A stretch of 64,000 nucleotides of DNA from Octopus bimaculoides (lineage: Eukaryota), in assembly GCF_001194135.2 (NCBI RefSeq), contig NC_068983.1:79037450-79101449 (forward strand). The letters are read 5' to 3'. Positions 51,534-64,000 of the stretch are shown here, piece by piece. The position numbers and the translations under genes are program-made. Under the pieces are notes generated by a model that saw nothing but the letters and a program-made list of their open reading frames with translations, had not been told where the DNA came from and did not search any database. Every line of letters starts with the position of its first letter. The first letter of the stretch is position 1.

Positions 51534-52119
51534 TGGATGTTTCGAATTGCTTTTTATTTTAGCAGGTGGTTTCAAATTTGAAGATGAGTAAAATTTTATC
51601 TGTAAACAAGGGGATTCTATTCCTGATACAAAGGCTCCATCGTTGGTTCAAGTCTTTTAAAAGTAATACTGCATTATTTGAACAGGCAGCAAAATCGACC
51701 ATAATAGTTTTGAAATGCAATGTGATTGTAAGGAAGTTAGTGTGAATATATTTATATATGTGATATAGATTTTAGATAAAAAAAAAAAAAAATTATTACA
51801 CTATTAACAAGATTCAAGTACTTATTGCTAAAACAGATGCCTTGTGATATGGGAAGGATGAGAGAATAGACAATGAATGAGAAGAAGAGAATAGAAGACA
51901 AGGGTTGTTATAAATGTAGATAATATCTGAACCAGAGAAAAATTATTGAACAATTTTGAATGAGACAACCTAGTTAAATCTAAGAGACTATGAAGTTCGC
52001 CCACAAAAAAGTTTAAAGGACATAACAACTTTTAGAAAGGGAATTGTAAAATTCTATCCACCTCCTACCAACATTAAACAATGGCAATAAAATCGTTAGT
52101 GGTGTTGGTAGAGGCAGTG

Positions 52120-52360
52120 GTAGTAATGGTGGTGACAGTGGTGTTGGTAATGATGGTACTGTGAAGATGCAAGTGTAAAAGAATGGTTGGATAGATGGTT
52201 GCCATGGTGGCAGTGGTGGTGGCATTGTTAGCAATTGTGGTGGCAGCAGCAGCTGTGGCAATGGTGGTGGATGTGGTGGTGGCAGCAGTGGCAGCGGTGG
52301 TAGCAGTGGCAGCGGTGGTAGCAGTGGCAGCGGTGGTAGCAGTGGCGGCAGCAGCATGAA
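52120..52360. repeat. GTG/GCA trinucleotide tract with 18-bp units
   Basis: ggcagcggtggtagcagt repeated about 3 times. Confidence 0.85.
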
Positions 52361-53030
52361 TTTTCTGTGCCTGAGGTAGGCAACAATAACTAGTCAAATT
52401 ACAAGAAGGAACTGATAACACAGAGAGAGAGAGGGGGGGATGAAACAAAAGAGGAGAGAAGAAAAATAATCACATTAACAAAAATATCAACATTGTCAAA
52501 ACTATAATGACAGTTGTGTTAACAGTCTTATGTGATAAATTACCAATGTATGACATTGAGAAACATTTATGACAGAACCTAACCTTATACTCTTAGTTCC
52601 TCTCCTATGTTCTCATCATTACCAACAAGCCAGAGAAGCAAACAAGAAAGCATCACCTTTAAAAGCAACTAATTTATCTCTTCCTATAGAACCATTGAAA
52701 AATAAAATAGATATGACAGGAGGAAGAAGCATTTAATGAATATTAACAATTGATAGCCTTGCTATAGCTGGTAAGGAATAATAATTTCAATAGAAATTGT
52801 ATATAGCCAGATAAATTCTGGCCAAGGGAACACACTTCGTCTCCAGTAGAGATTCTTAAGTAATGACCTACAGAGCTAAACAGTTAAAAACAAGATTCCA
52901 GCTGAACTTAACATCATTTGTTCTTTCATCTTGTTTCAGCTAGTTAAAAACTGTAAATTCTGAAAGTATCAAAGTACCATAACATGACATTTGATAACAC
53001 ACACATGCATGCATGCATATGTATACATAC

Positions 53031-53077
<47 letters not shown>

Positions 53078-53113
53078 CACACATACATACACATACATAC
53101 ACACATGTATATA

Positions 53114-53149
<36 letters not shown>

Positions 53150-53181
<32 letters not shown>

Positions 53182-53480
53182 GTTTAAGGTCCACTTTCCA
53201 TGCTGGCATGGGTTGGACGGTTAGAGTGGGGACTGGTCAGCCAGATGGCTGCACTAGGCTCCAATCTGATCTGGCAGAGTATCTACAGCTGGATGCCCTT
53301 CATAATGCCAACCACTCTGAGAGTGTAGTGGGTGCTTTTATGTGCCACCGGCATGAGGGCCAGTCAGGCGGTACTGGGAATGGCCATGCTCAAATGGTGT
53401 TTTTAACGTGTCACCTGCACAGGAGCCAGTCCAGTGGCACTGGCAATGCCCTCGTTCGAATGTTGTTTTCCATGTAGCAC
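53150..53480 (-). mobile_element. Family D repeat
   Basis: (CAT)n tail, ccaaccactctgagagtgtagtgggtgctttta. Confidence 0.85.
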
Positions 53481-53489
53481 CAGCACAAA

Positions 53490-53522
<33 letters not shown>

Positions 53523-53899
53523 TACACACAACTAACATGGTCAGCAGCAGAGTCGACAAGCGCAATAACAACAACTACCACAATGGCAATACAGTGGACA
53601 AACACACATACACAGAGGACTACAGGAACTGTACCCTTTTTTTTTCTTGCGTCTTAGGACTGCAGCAGCACAAAGGGGTGAGAGGTTAGGCCTGAGGGGA
53701 AGGTCACACTGCTGCTAAAAACTGAGACACACACCTACACACACATGCACATGCACTCACACACATACACACATGCACATGCACTCACACACATACACAC
53801 ACCCACAAGCAAGGACACAAACACATGCGCACATAAGGATACACATCTGAGAAGAACAGAATGGAGTAAGTGGCACAAGAACACACATGGAAACAGAAA

Positions 53900-53946
53900 G
53901 TGTCACTGAAGAGGTCACAGATGCGTGATGAAAGATTTCCGGACAA
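53900..53946 (+). ncRNA. Degenerate minimal hammerhead ribozyme motif
   Basis: UGUCA CUGAAGA G GUCAC-AGAUGC-GUGAU GAAAG AU UUC CGGACA. Confidence 0.4.
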
Positions 53947-54394
53947 TAGAGAGGCATTAAAATAATAAAATAACAGTAATAAATGAGTGAAGAAAAAAAA
54001 TATAGTGTGTGTGTTTATTGGGCAAAAAAAAAAATAAATAAAATGAATGTCCCAAAATACAACAAACACAAATATATACATAGATATAAAATATATATAT
54101 ATATACATACAAACATATGTATATATACATACTCATTTTCATCATTCGACATTTATGTATGTATATATATGCAGTCTTATTCTTTTAGGGGTTTCACTTA
54201 TGGGACTGCAGCCATGCAGGGACATGGCCTTGAAAGGTATTGTTTATCATATCAGTCCCAACACTTATTTTTAAGGTACTTATCTTATTGATCTCTTTTT
54301 CCCAAACTATGTAAAAGAACATAGACATAAACACAAACATTCACACACATGTACACACACACACACATGCACACACTCACATCATTTTAATTAT

Positions 54395-54600
54395 CATGAT
54401 CATCCTTTAGCATATTTGATGCCCATTTTTCTATGCTGGCTTGGATTGGATGGTTTGACTGAATCTGGTGAGGCACAGTGTTGCATCATGCTTCATGTCA
54501 GCTTTGGCATGGTTTCTACTGCTGAGTGCTGTTCCTAACACCAACTAATTTACAGTGTCTGTTGGGTACTTTTTTCCATCCCAATGGCACTAGTCCAGGT
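54395..54600 (-). mobile_element. Family D repeat, degraded
   Basis: tttctatgctggcttggattggatgg...ttggcatggtttctac. Confidence 0.7.
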
Positions 54601-54924
54601 AACTTGCAAGAGAAGAAGAAACAAGAAAAGGGGGAAAAGTGAGAGGAGGGGAAAACCATTTTGACTAAGTGGGATAAGCATTTAGGAGAATGTTGTGTGA
54701 TTCCAAGCATTTGGTAAGCATTTCAGAGATTGTTGTGTGCTTCGGAAAAAGAACTTTCACATTCTCTCAAAGTTTTTTTCTTAAATGGGTAGAGAAATTC
54801 AAAGGATTGCTTTGGTCCAATGATAGAACATCTGTCATATCTACAGGAGATGTGGGTTCAAGAATAGCCCTTAAATTTTTCTATCCAAAAGGGTTCTTAG
54901 CCCAATATTTACGTGCTATTTATT

Positions 54925-55145
54925 TATAGCTTTATGTGGTGGTGAGCTTTCAGAATTGTTAGCATATGCTGGACAAAATGATTAGTGGTATTTTGTTCGT
55001 CTTTATATTCTGTGTCGAAATTCCATCAAGGTCGACTTTGCCTTTCATCTTTTCAGGGTCAATAAAGTACTGGGGGGTGGGGGGGTGCAATTGACTTGAT
55101 CCCTGCTCTAAGGTTTCAGGCCTTGTGCCTATACTAGGTAGGATT
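54925..55145 (+). mobile_element. SINE family B
   Basis: ggtgagctttcagaattgttagc...aggtcgactttgcctttcatc...ggccttgtgcctatac. Confidence 0.8.
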
Positions 55146-55199
55146 ATCTATAGCTTTGTATGTACTTTGAGATACACAGTTTTTGTAACATATTTCTAC

Positions 55200-55230
<31 letters not shown>

Positions 55231-55319
55231 ATGTATGTATGTATGTATGTATGTATGCATGTAAATGAGCTGAAAATGGAGAAAAACTTTTGATCAACAA
55301 ACAAACTGACTACAATCAT

Positions 55320-55748
55320 TATCATCATCATCATTGTTTAACATCCGTTTTCCATGCTAGCATGGGTTGGACGATTTGACTGAGGACTGGCATGCCAGAA
55401 GGCTGCTCCAGGCTCCAATCTGATCTGGCAGAGTTTCTACAGCTGGATGACCTTCCTAACACCAACCACTCTGAGAGTGTAGTGGGTGCTTTTACATGTC
55501 ACCGGCAGAGGAGCCAGTCCAGCGGCACTGACAACGACCTTGCTCAAATGATTTTCTAACATGCCACCAGCACAAGTGCTAGAAGGCGACACTGGTAATG
55601 ATTATGCTCAAATGGTGCTATTTACAGGCCACTAGCATGGAAGCCAGACAGCTGCTCTGGCGATGAACATGCTCAGACAGTGCTGTTAGTGCTCCACTGG
55701 CCCAGGTGCCAGTCATCGAATATGGTTCAATTTCGATTTCAATTTCTT
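55320..55748 (-). mobile_element. Family D repeat, long well-preserved copy
   Basis: Colinear with 53150-53480 and extends further. Confidence 0.9.
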
Positions 55749-55774
55749 ATATATATATATATATATATATATAT

Positions 55775-56022
55775 NNNNNNNNNNNNNNNNNNNNNNNNNN
55801 NNNNNNNNNNNNNNNNNNNNNNNNNNNNNNNNNNNNNNNNNNNNNNNNNNNNNNNNNNNNNNNNNNNNNNNNNNNNNNNNNNNNNNNNNNNNNNNNNNNN
55901 NNNNNNNNNNNNNNNNNNNNNNNNNNNNNNNNNNNNNNNNNNNNNNNNNNNNNNNNNNNNNNNNNNNNNNNNNNNNNNNNNNNNNNNNNNNNNNNNNNNN
56001 NNNNNNNNNNNNNNNNNNNNNN
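55775..56022. other. Assembly gap
   Basis: N run. Confidence 1.
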
Positions 56023-57242
56023 GGGGGGGGGGGCGTATGTGTGTGCGTGAATACATACTGTTCAAAGATTGTGGCAGTGCTGTCACATTTATCTGAACCC
56101 TTTCTCACATAACTTCGTCACTACTTCTCTGAAGTCGCTGCTCTTACTGCTACCATTGTTGGTATTGTTATTTAATTCCAGGTGAGCTTTAGCTATACTC
56201 ATCTCCACATTTTTATCAAGATTGTAAAATGTAATCTGAAGGAGATTTTGGCTGTTATTTCTAAAAGATCAATCAACAATTTTGAAGCTATTTTAATAGA
56301 TCAATGTCATCAATAACAGTGGTGGCATTAGTGGTGGTGGTGGTGGTAGCAGTGCTTGTGGTGGTGATGGTACTGGTGGTGGTGCTGGTAGTGGTGGCTT
56401 TTGTTTTATTACAGTTTAATGAGAGAATCTTTACCCATCAGTTCTCTATGCTATCTAAAGGGGTGACCTTAACATGGTAGATATCCAAACAATATAGAGT
56501 AGTGCTTCTCAAAGGGATGGTACCAGTCACTAGAGGTAGAGGAAAATTTTATATTGGGTACAAGAGACAAACAAAACAGTGGGAGGTAAAGTAAACACCT
56601 GTACATTTCTTTTGATTATGGAAAGTGGCACCAGATCAATGTATAAAACATTGCCAAGTTTTCAATCTTTTGAGAAAATATTTCATATAGAGAGTTTTTC
56701 TGTTCATAACAACACCAACAAAAGACAATTTTTCATTGTTTAGGTTTACACCTGAAACAATACATACTACATACCATTACTTTTGTTGTTCTTCTTATTC
56801 ATGTTGTCACTGACAAGATTTCTACATGGTGTTGTTGAAATGTCTATGTTTACTTGTAGTCCATGTTTATTACTACAAGTATTCTGCATAGTTTTTGATT
56901 TCAGAGTGTGAAAAGTATTATTTGGTATATTTTCAGATTGTTTGGTTTTGAATATTTACACCTTTTTTTTTCTTTTCTTTCTTTTTGTTTTTTTTTCTTC
57001 TGATTGCTGATGTGAAAGAACAAATAAATTTTTTGTCCAGAAATAAAACACACTGTATTTCATTTTTTGTCAGTTTCTGCTGTGACAGGCTCCAGCCTGT
57101 GGTAAATTATCTGTATGTGAGTATTTGCAGTAAAAACTTTATTTTATGTAGTAAAATCCTTCACTTAGGAGAGCAACTTGAAGAAACATTTCTACTTTGT
57201 CAAGAGTGGTTAATAATAATAATAATGATGATGATAATAATA

Positions 57243-57620
57243 GGAGAGACAAATACTGTCAGATCATTGATGTAGCCATACCAAATGACATGAATGTTGT
57301 GAGTAAAGAGGTTGAAAAAATCACAAGTATTCCAAATTGAAAGTGGAAATGGCAACACTGTATGGAATGCAAGAGGGTAATTAAAAGTGATGCCAGTGGT
57401 GATCGGAGCATTGGGCTGAATGTCATTGAAACTTCAAGACTTCTTAAGGTAACTGGAAATCCCATGCAAGATTGATGTCTTGCAAAAAGCAGCCTTATTG
57501 GGCACAGCGATGATCTTAAGGAAAGAATTATCTGTCTGAGTTCCTTGTTGTGACTTGACAGATGACTAAAGACTCCAGTGCATTTTTACTTACACTGTGT
57601 TACAAAGGAATTATAATGAT
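57243..57620 (+). mobile_element. RLE LINE 3' end flanked by (TAA)n
   Basis: CQIIDVAIPNDMNVVSKEVEKIT, MPVVIGALG, IDVLQKAALLGTAMILRKELSV*. Confidence 0.85.
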
Positions 57621-57674
57621 AATAATAATAATAATTGTAATGATGATAATAATAATAATGATAATAATAATAAT

Positions 57675-57892
57675 AATGGTTTCAAATTTTACCACTAGGG
57701 CAGCAATTTTGAGGGAGGAGGTAAGTTGATTTCATCAACTCCTGTGTTTCACTGGTACTTAATTCATTGACCTCGAAATAACCAAAGACAAAGTCAACCT
57801 TAGCAGAATTTGAACTCAGAACATAGTGACAGGCAAAATACTGCAAAGCATTCCATCCAGCATGCTAGAGATTCTGCTAAGCTTGCTGCCTT
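57675..57892 (-). mobile_element. SINE family B in (AAT)n
   Basis: aaagtcaaccttagcagaatttgaactcagaac...aagcttgctgcc. Confidence 0.8.
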
Positions 57893-57959
57893 AATAATAA
57901 GGATAATAATAATTATGATGATGATGATGATGATGACGATGACAATGACGATGATGACA

Positions 57960-59130
57960 ACTGGCCTAGACACTTAGTTGAAAACTCTGATGACTGGATA
58001 TTAAAACTTGTCTCAAAGTGTGAAAACAAGAAAGCATCATACTCAGTAACAAAACAGGCAGAGGAATATCTAAGTGAATTCCAAACACAACAAATTGCAG
58101 AATTAGACTTACTAGAAACAAGCACAGAAAAAGCTAAGCATATGAAAACCTGTGCTAAAACTGCTGCCTTAGATATTCTTACTGCTCAATGGCAAGAAAA
58201 ACCTCTCAATGGCAAATACCCAAAGAGAGCTAATAGTGCCGATGTTGACAAAGCACTTACCCATCAATGGATTAAAATCAGAAACAGAAGGGTTTATCAT
58301 AGCCTAAGATCAATGCCTACCTTCAAGGAACTACCAGGCCAACATATTAAAGAACGGTAATAGCCCAACATGTCTTGTATGTTGACAACAAAATGAAACT
58401 ATTGATCATGTTGTCTCCATGTGCAGTCTTCTTGCACCTACAGAGTATCCCAACAGGTATAATAGAGCAACACAATATATTCACTGGGTAATTTGCAAAA
58501 ACCTGGACCTGCCCCATGATAAAAATTTGTGGGAATGCAAACCACCTCCAGTTCTTCAAAATGATCACATCTCAGTCCTCTGGAACTTTACCATTCAAAC
58601 TGACTGAAAGATAGATGCAAATAGGTCAGACATTATATTGAAAGACTTCAGCTAAAAATCATGCCTCCTCATTGATATGACTGTACCAATCGACTGAAAT
58701 GTATCTGTCAAGACCTACCAAAAACTAAGCAAGTATAAAGATCTTGAAATAGAAATTGGCAAAATGTGGAACCTCAAGGCTAAAATAATACCTGTTGTCA
58801 TAGGTGCCTTAGGAATGATAGCAAAAGGGGCTGATTCCTAACTAGCTCAGATACCAGGAAACCCCAACATGGCAGAAATTCAAAAGATAGTGTTCATGGG
58901 AACTGCTCATATCCTATGTAAAATACTGTCTATGTAATCTCAAATTTTAAAACAAACTCATAATTTTCTTGTTTTCTTAAACATTCTCTAAAACAACAAT
59001 ACGTGCAAAACCAAATATATGACGCCCTAGGCATAACACCTACATGAACTTCTAACTTGTTGTCTCTTGAGGTCTCTGGGTTAGACTTGGAATGAACTTC
59101 TACAAATACAAAGCAAAAGCCAAACATATA
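57960..59130 (+). mobile_element. RLE LINE 3' ~1.2 kb, relatively well preserved
   Basis: WQEKPLNGKY, ETIDHVVSMCSLLA..YPNRYN knuckle region, LWNFTIQTD, ANRSDIIL...LIDMTVP, IPVVIGALG, GTAHILCKILSM*; (AAT)n tail. Confidence 0.92.
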
Positions 59131-59199
59131 ATAATAATGATAATAATAATAATAATAATAATAACAATAATAATAATGATGATGATGATAGTTGTTTCA

Positions 59200-59625
59200 T
59201 ATTTTATCACAAGACCAATGATATTGAGGGGATGAGGGTTAGTTGATACTATTGACCTTAGTACTTGATTGGGACTTTATTTTACCAACCTCAAAGCCAT
59301 AAAAGATGAAGCTGGCTTCAATAGGGCTTGAACTCAGAATATAAAAACACCAAAAGAAATCCAGTAATGCATTTTTTTTTCATATCTCTAATGGTTCCTC
59401 CAAATCATTGCCCTTAATAAATTCATATTTAGGCACACTTTTTCAGAGGGTGAGTTAGTCAATTACATTAAGGCCAACATTTGACAAGGATTCTGTTTTA
59501 CTGGCCCTGAAAGTATGAAAGGCAAATTGATTTCAGTGAGATTTGAACTCAGAATATAAACCACTGGAAGAAATACTGTAAGACATTTTATCTGGTGCTC
59601 TAATGATTCTGCCAAGCCACTATCT
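59200..59625 (-). mobile_element. Two adjacent degraded SINE B copies
   Basis: ttgaactcagaatataaa at about 59330 and 59545. Confidence 0.65.
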
Positions 59626-60390
59626 TGGATACAAATAACAAAAATAATAAGAATTTCACATTATTCTCAATCAGTTGGAGGCTTAAAACCAAAACAAACA
59701 AGCTCTTAAGGGTTAAGCTTCAGTGAGAAACTACTGACAATTTAAAATAACTCACCCTCTATTTGTTGCTTCAAAATGAGATTTAAGATTAAATTTTTGT
59801 GGGATTTTTATCTATTTTTACAATTACTGAAGAGTAATCATTAACTTACAAACTCTGACACATCGCACAGCGAGAGATTATTGTAACACTACATCTTATT
59901 AAAGAATTAAATTACTAGCAATACACGCTTCATAGATTATCATGTGAAGAAGAAGAAGAAGAAGAAGAAGAAGAAGAGGAGATGCATTTCCTTTAAAAAA
60001 AAAAGTAAAGAAAAAAGGAAGGAGATGAGATCTCATTGAAATTGACAAGACCATCACATTTTAAAGCAGAATTAAGATTTCTTATGAAATGTTACATTCC
60101 CATATTCCTAAACTGACATGTGATTCTAAAGTGTCTGTTGTGTATTAGTTTCTGGACCAATGCAGTCAAATATATAATGAAATCAAACCATAGTTGTTTC
60201 TCTTCCAATTACCTTGGTTAAGAAACTTTATTTGTTATTCGAATGAACATTTCTTTCTCTCTGTTTCTGTATTTGTAACCTCAATGTATTGTACATTATT
60301 TGATTTGAACAGCTCTCTTGTTAACCCCACCTCGTCACCAGTGAACATAAAAAAATATAAATAATTGTAATTATTTCACACACAATGACA

Positions 60391-60431
<41 letters not shown>

Positions 60432-60758
60432 TAAGTGATAGGCTTGCCTCGATCCTTCAGGGGTAGTCTGAAGCATCCAAGCAACCAGGGGATGTTTAAA
60501 TCCGGAGGCACTCCTGGAGATCACCTGTACGGGTACCGTCTTGGGAAGAGGGCATCCAGAGGCAGGTAATTTACTGCTTAAACCGTAGTTTATAATTATA
60601 TTTATATGGAGAATGGAGCAACAAATACAAGAAAAAGCAATACTGTTGGACTAGTTAGCCGCTGTTTTATTACGTGGAGGTTGTGTAATGAGTCATTGTG
60701 GAGGTGACCTTAGCAATGCCCTTACATAAATAAATATATATATATATATACATACATA

Positions 60759-60839
<81 letters not shown>

Positions 60840-61094
60840 GAATGTGAGTGTGAATGTGTATTATATACAAGTGTGTGTGTGAATGACAGAAGCTGTACAT
60901 TCAAAAAGTATCCAATTTTATTTTTCCCATCAAAATTAATGCTGCATGGGCAAAATCCTTTGGGTAAGAAGTGATGCCATTCTTTCTGCATATGCATGAA
61001 TATTTTCATGTTGGAATGCTGCATCAGTTCCTGTTTATTAAACCTAGAGTACAGACTTAGGATTTTCGTTTACATGCAGAATGACTAAATGCAT

Positions 61095-61545
61095 CGAGCA
61101 GAGACCATAAACTCATGTCTCATTACCAGTATTGATGGTCTTCCTGAAGTCTGTGTCATGGTTTGTTCAGTACAACATGTCCTGAGCGATTTCTATGTGC
61201 AGTTGCTTGTGCTACCCTGCCAGCATATTAGGGACAAATTTTGCTAATACTCTCCACATGCACAAATCCTTCATTAAAATGGAACCAGATACTGAGCTTA
61301 TTCCTAATTTGTGAGCAATTTCCTAGATTGTTAAACGATGGTTTTCATTGACTATTTGCTAAACCTTCTGAACTGGCTCCTCATTTCCACTTGTTGAAGA
61401 CTGCCTGAGCATGCCTCAGTGAAAGCAAAAATCTGATGGGTGCGCACTACACATCTGTACTCTAGGTCTAACAACCTGAAACTGGCACAACCTATTGGTA
61501 TGAAATTGCACAGGAAGGGTGGTATCACCTACCATCCAAAAGATT
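61095..61545 (-). mobile_element. Mariner N-terminal remnant
   Basis: QIVNENHRLTI.EIAHKLGIS...RVLAKFVP...INTGNET.VY. Confidence 0.8.
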
Positions 61546-61699
61546 TTGTCTCTTCAACATGAGTTTTGGCAAGAAAATAAAGTCAAATACTTCTTTAAAC
61601 ACACTTTGTGTGTGTGTGTATGTATGTGCACACGTGCATGCGCTCATATGTTTGCGTACATACATATATATGAATGTGTTTGCATGTGTACATACACGT

Positions 61700-61830
61700 C
61701 TCTGTGTGTACAGACGAGTCTGGTACAGTCCTTCAGTTTACCAACCTTGGACAAACCATCCAACTCATGCCAGCATGGACAACAGACGTTAAATGATGAC
61801 GAAGATGATGATGATGATGATGATGATATA
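61700..61830 (+). mobile_element. Family D tail
   Basis: ccatccaactcatgccagcatggacaacagacgttaaatgatgac(gat)n. Confidence 0.75.
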
Positions 61831-61859
61831 TATATATGTATTATCTAAGTGTGTGTCTT

Positions 61860-62080
61860 TGTATATGTGCTTGTCACCTACCATCACTTGACAACTTGTG
61901 TTAGTTTATTTACATATCTGTAACTTAATGATTCAGCAAAAATAGGACGAAAGAATAAATACAAGTCTTAAATAAATAAGTTGTGGGATCAACTTTTTTG
62001 ACTAAACCCTTCAAGGCAGTGCTCCTGCAAGGGTGAGGCCCAGTGAAACAGTGAAACAAGTGAAAGATGGAAGATAAAAG
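61860..62080 (+). mobile_element. SINE family C tail
   Basis: catcacttgacaac...gtgaaacaagtgaaaga. Confidence 0.7.
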
Positions 62081-62101
62081 ATATCACTCTGTCTATGCGC
62101 A

Positions 62102-62136
<35 letters not shown>

Positions 62137-62156
62137 ATATATATATATATATTTCT

Positions 62157-62558
62157 TTTATTCTTTTATTTGTTTCAGTCATTTGACTGTAGCTATGCTG
62201 GAGCATTGCCTTTTACTCGAACAAATCAACTCCTTGGACTTATTCTTTGTAAGCCTAGTACTTATTCTATCAGTCTCCTTTGCCAAACAGTTAAGTTATG
62301 GGGACGTGAACACACCAACATTGGTTGTCAAGCGATGGCGGGTGGGGGTGGGGTCAAACACAGACACAAACATACACATACACACACACACATATATATA
62401 TATATGGGCTTCTTTCAGTTTCTGTCTAGCAAAATCCATTCACAAGGCTTTGGTCAGTCTGAGGCTTTAGTAGAGGATGCTTGCTCAAGGTGCAACACAG
62501 TGGGACTGAACCTGAAATGTGGTTGGTAAGCAAGCTACTTACCACACAGTCATTCCTA
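62157..62558 (-). mobile_element. SINE family C
   Basis: Tail, microsatellite and head all present. Confidence 0.88.
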
Positions 62559-62724
62559 TATATATATATAGATATTATTCATTTAAAATGCAGAGATGCC
62601 TATAATAGGACATCTACTCGCTAGACCACTGGTGGTAAATAAAATTTCTAAAAAATTTTTTTTGCTACCCTATAATTTATTAATAATGATAAAATTCTAT
62701 ATATATAGATATATATATATATGG

Positions 62725-62780
<56 letters not shown>

Positions 62781-62784
62781 CATC

Positions 62785-62826
62785 NNNNNNNNNNNNNNNN
62801 NNNNNNNNNNNNNNNNNNNNNNNNNN
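62785..62826. other. Assembly gap with duplicated flanks
   Basis: 62567-62784 is repeated at 62827-63044. Confidence 0.95.
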
Positions 62827-62984
62827 TATAGATATTATTCATTTAAAATGCAGAGATGCCTATAATAGGACATCTACTCGCTAGACCACTGGTGGTAAAT
62901 AAAATTTCTAAAAAATTTTTTTTGCTACCCTATAATTTATTAATAATGATAAAATTCTATATATATAGATATATATATATATGG

Positions 62985-63040
<56 letters not shown>

Positions 63041-63317
63041 CATCATGGATTTTAGTCAGAATTAACTGAATGGTAAATTGCTCAATCAACTGGTTTACTA
63101 GGCAGGCTCATTGAATTAATTAGTAAGTGGTTAAGTATTCCATAGGTTTTTATTCCCCTAGAATCAGCAAGATACAGTGCGACAAAGGTGGATCTTTGAA
63201 TTACAAGCACTATTCAATTAATAGACATTTATTGACCAGTTTCCATCATCCCAGTTTCCCTCACAAGATATGGATTGATAAAGATTATAAAAAATAAGAC
63301 TCGACAAAGATGCCATC

Positions 63318-63520
63318 CATCATCATCATCACTACCATCATTTGATGTCTGCTTTCCATGCTGGCATGAGTAGGGCAAACTGAGAAGAAACCTGTGAACC
63401 ACAGGGCTGCATCAAGCTCCAGTGTCAACTTTGGCATGGTTCCTGCAGTTGGATGCCCTTTCTGATAATGCCAGCTACTTTACAGAGTGTACTGGGTGCG
63501 TTTTTCATGATACCAGCATT
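63318..63520 (-). mobile_element. Family D repeat, degraded
   Basis: ctttccatgctggcatgag...ttggatgccctt. Confidence 0.7.
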
Positions 63521-64000
63521 GATGGGGTTGCTGTGTATCTTGCAAGACAGGAAAAAACAGAGACAAAGGAAATGGAAAAAGTTTCCACTCCTGAAAGAAA
63601 ATATTTAGCAGGAGAAAGTGAAGGTGGGTAGTTGTATGTGAAATGTTGAAGGGCTAAAGTATTATAGAGGAATAAACACAGGTGTCTTGTTATGGAGGAG
63701 ATATATAGCTGAAGGAGATAAGTGGAAGCGGTGATATGGTGCTAGAGCAAACTCTCAAGGAATGAGAAGGTGAGCAGAAGAGAAGACATGGATAGTGGAT
63801 CATGGGCAGTGCTGGATTAACCATTAAGCAAAATAAGCATGTGCTTAGGGCATCAAGGGAAGGAGGGGACACCACAAAAATGGTAAATGGTTTATGGTGC
63901 AAAAGAAATCACTTTAAACTTGCTAAAATAATATTCAGGATGCCTTTATCTCTACTAAGTATAGATGCAAATGTGTTACCTACGATTAATTTTGAGGATC

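Noticed and set aside
52013-52448. Pro-rich and Ala/Thr-rich mucin-like ORFs
   Set aside because: Translations of trinucleotide and 18-bp repeats; no splice or homology support.
59826-59865. CUGAAGA-GUAA/UUAC-AAAC hammerhead-like motif (also CUGAUGA near 26364)
   Set aside because: Missing G12 or misplaced GAAA, and no stem I or III.
62567-63044. 218-bp exact direct repeat with identical ORFs
   Set aside because: It flanks an N-gap and is identical; unmerged contig overlap.

Overview
AT-rich, microsatellite-dense eukaryotic scaffold with four N-gaps. Repeat content and style suggest a coleoid cephalopod, probably Octopus (inference, not verified). I find no intact host protein-coding gene; most ORF-track entries are microsatellite translations or N-gap read-throughs. 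The window is a transposon graveyard. It holds four abundant short-repeat families (working labels A-D: tRNA-headed SINEs A-C, and D an RTE-type 3' tail), five Tc1/mariner transposase remnants, two copies of a mariner MITE, Penelope-like (RT + GIY-YIG) remnants, RTE LINE pieces and four restriction-like-endonuclease (RLE) LINE 3' fragments. Most notable: a ~920-bp near-perfect foldback element in (TA)n; hammerhead-ribozyme-like motifs, one in an inverted pair of Penelope-type terminal repeats with a variant core; an RTE tail with three tandem C2H2 fingers; two RTEs with an inverted 5' piece; 23-bp locally templated inversions at (TA)n; and RLE LINEs embedded in (TAA)n. Repeat boundaries were set by eye and are approximate.
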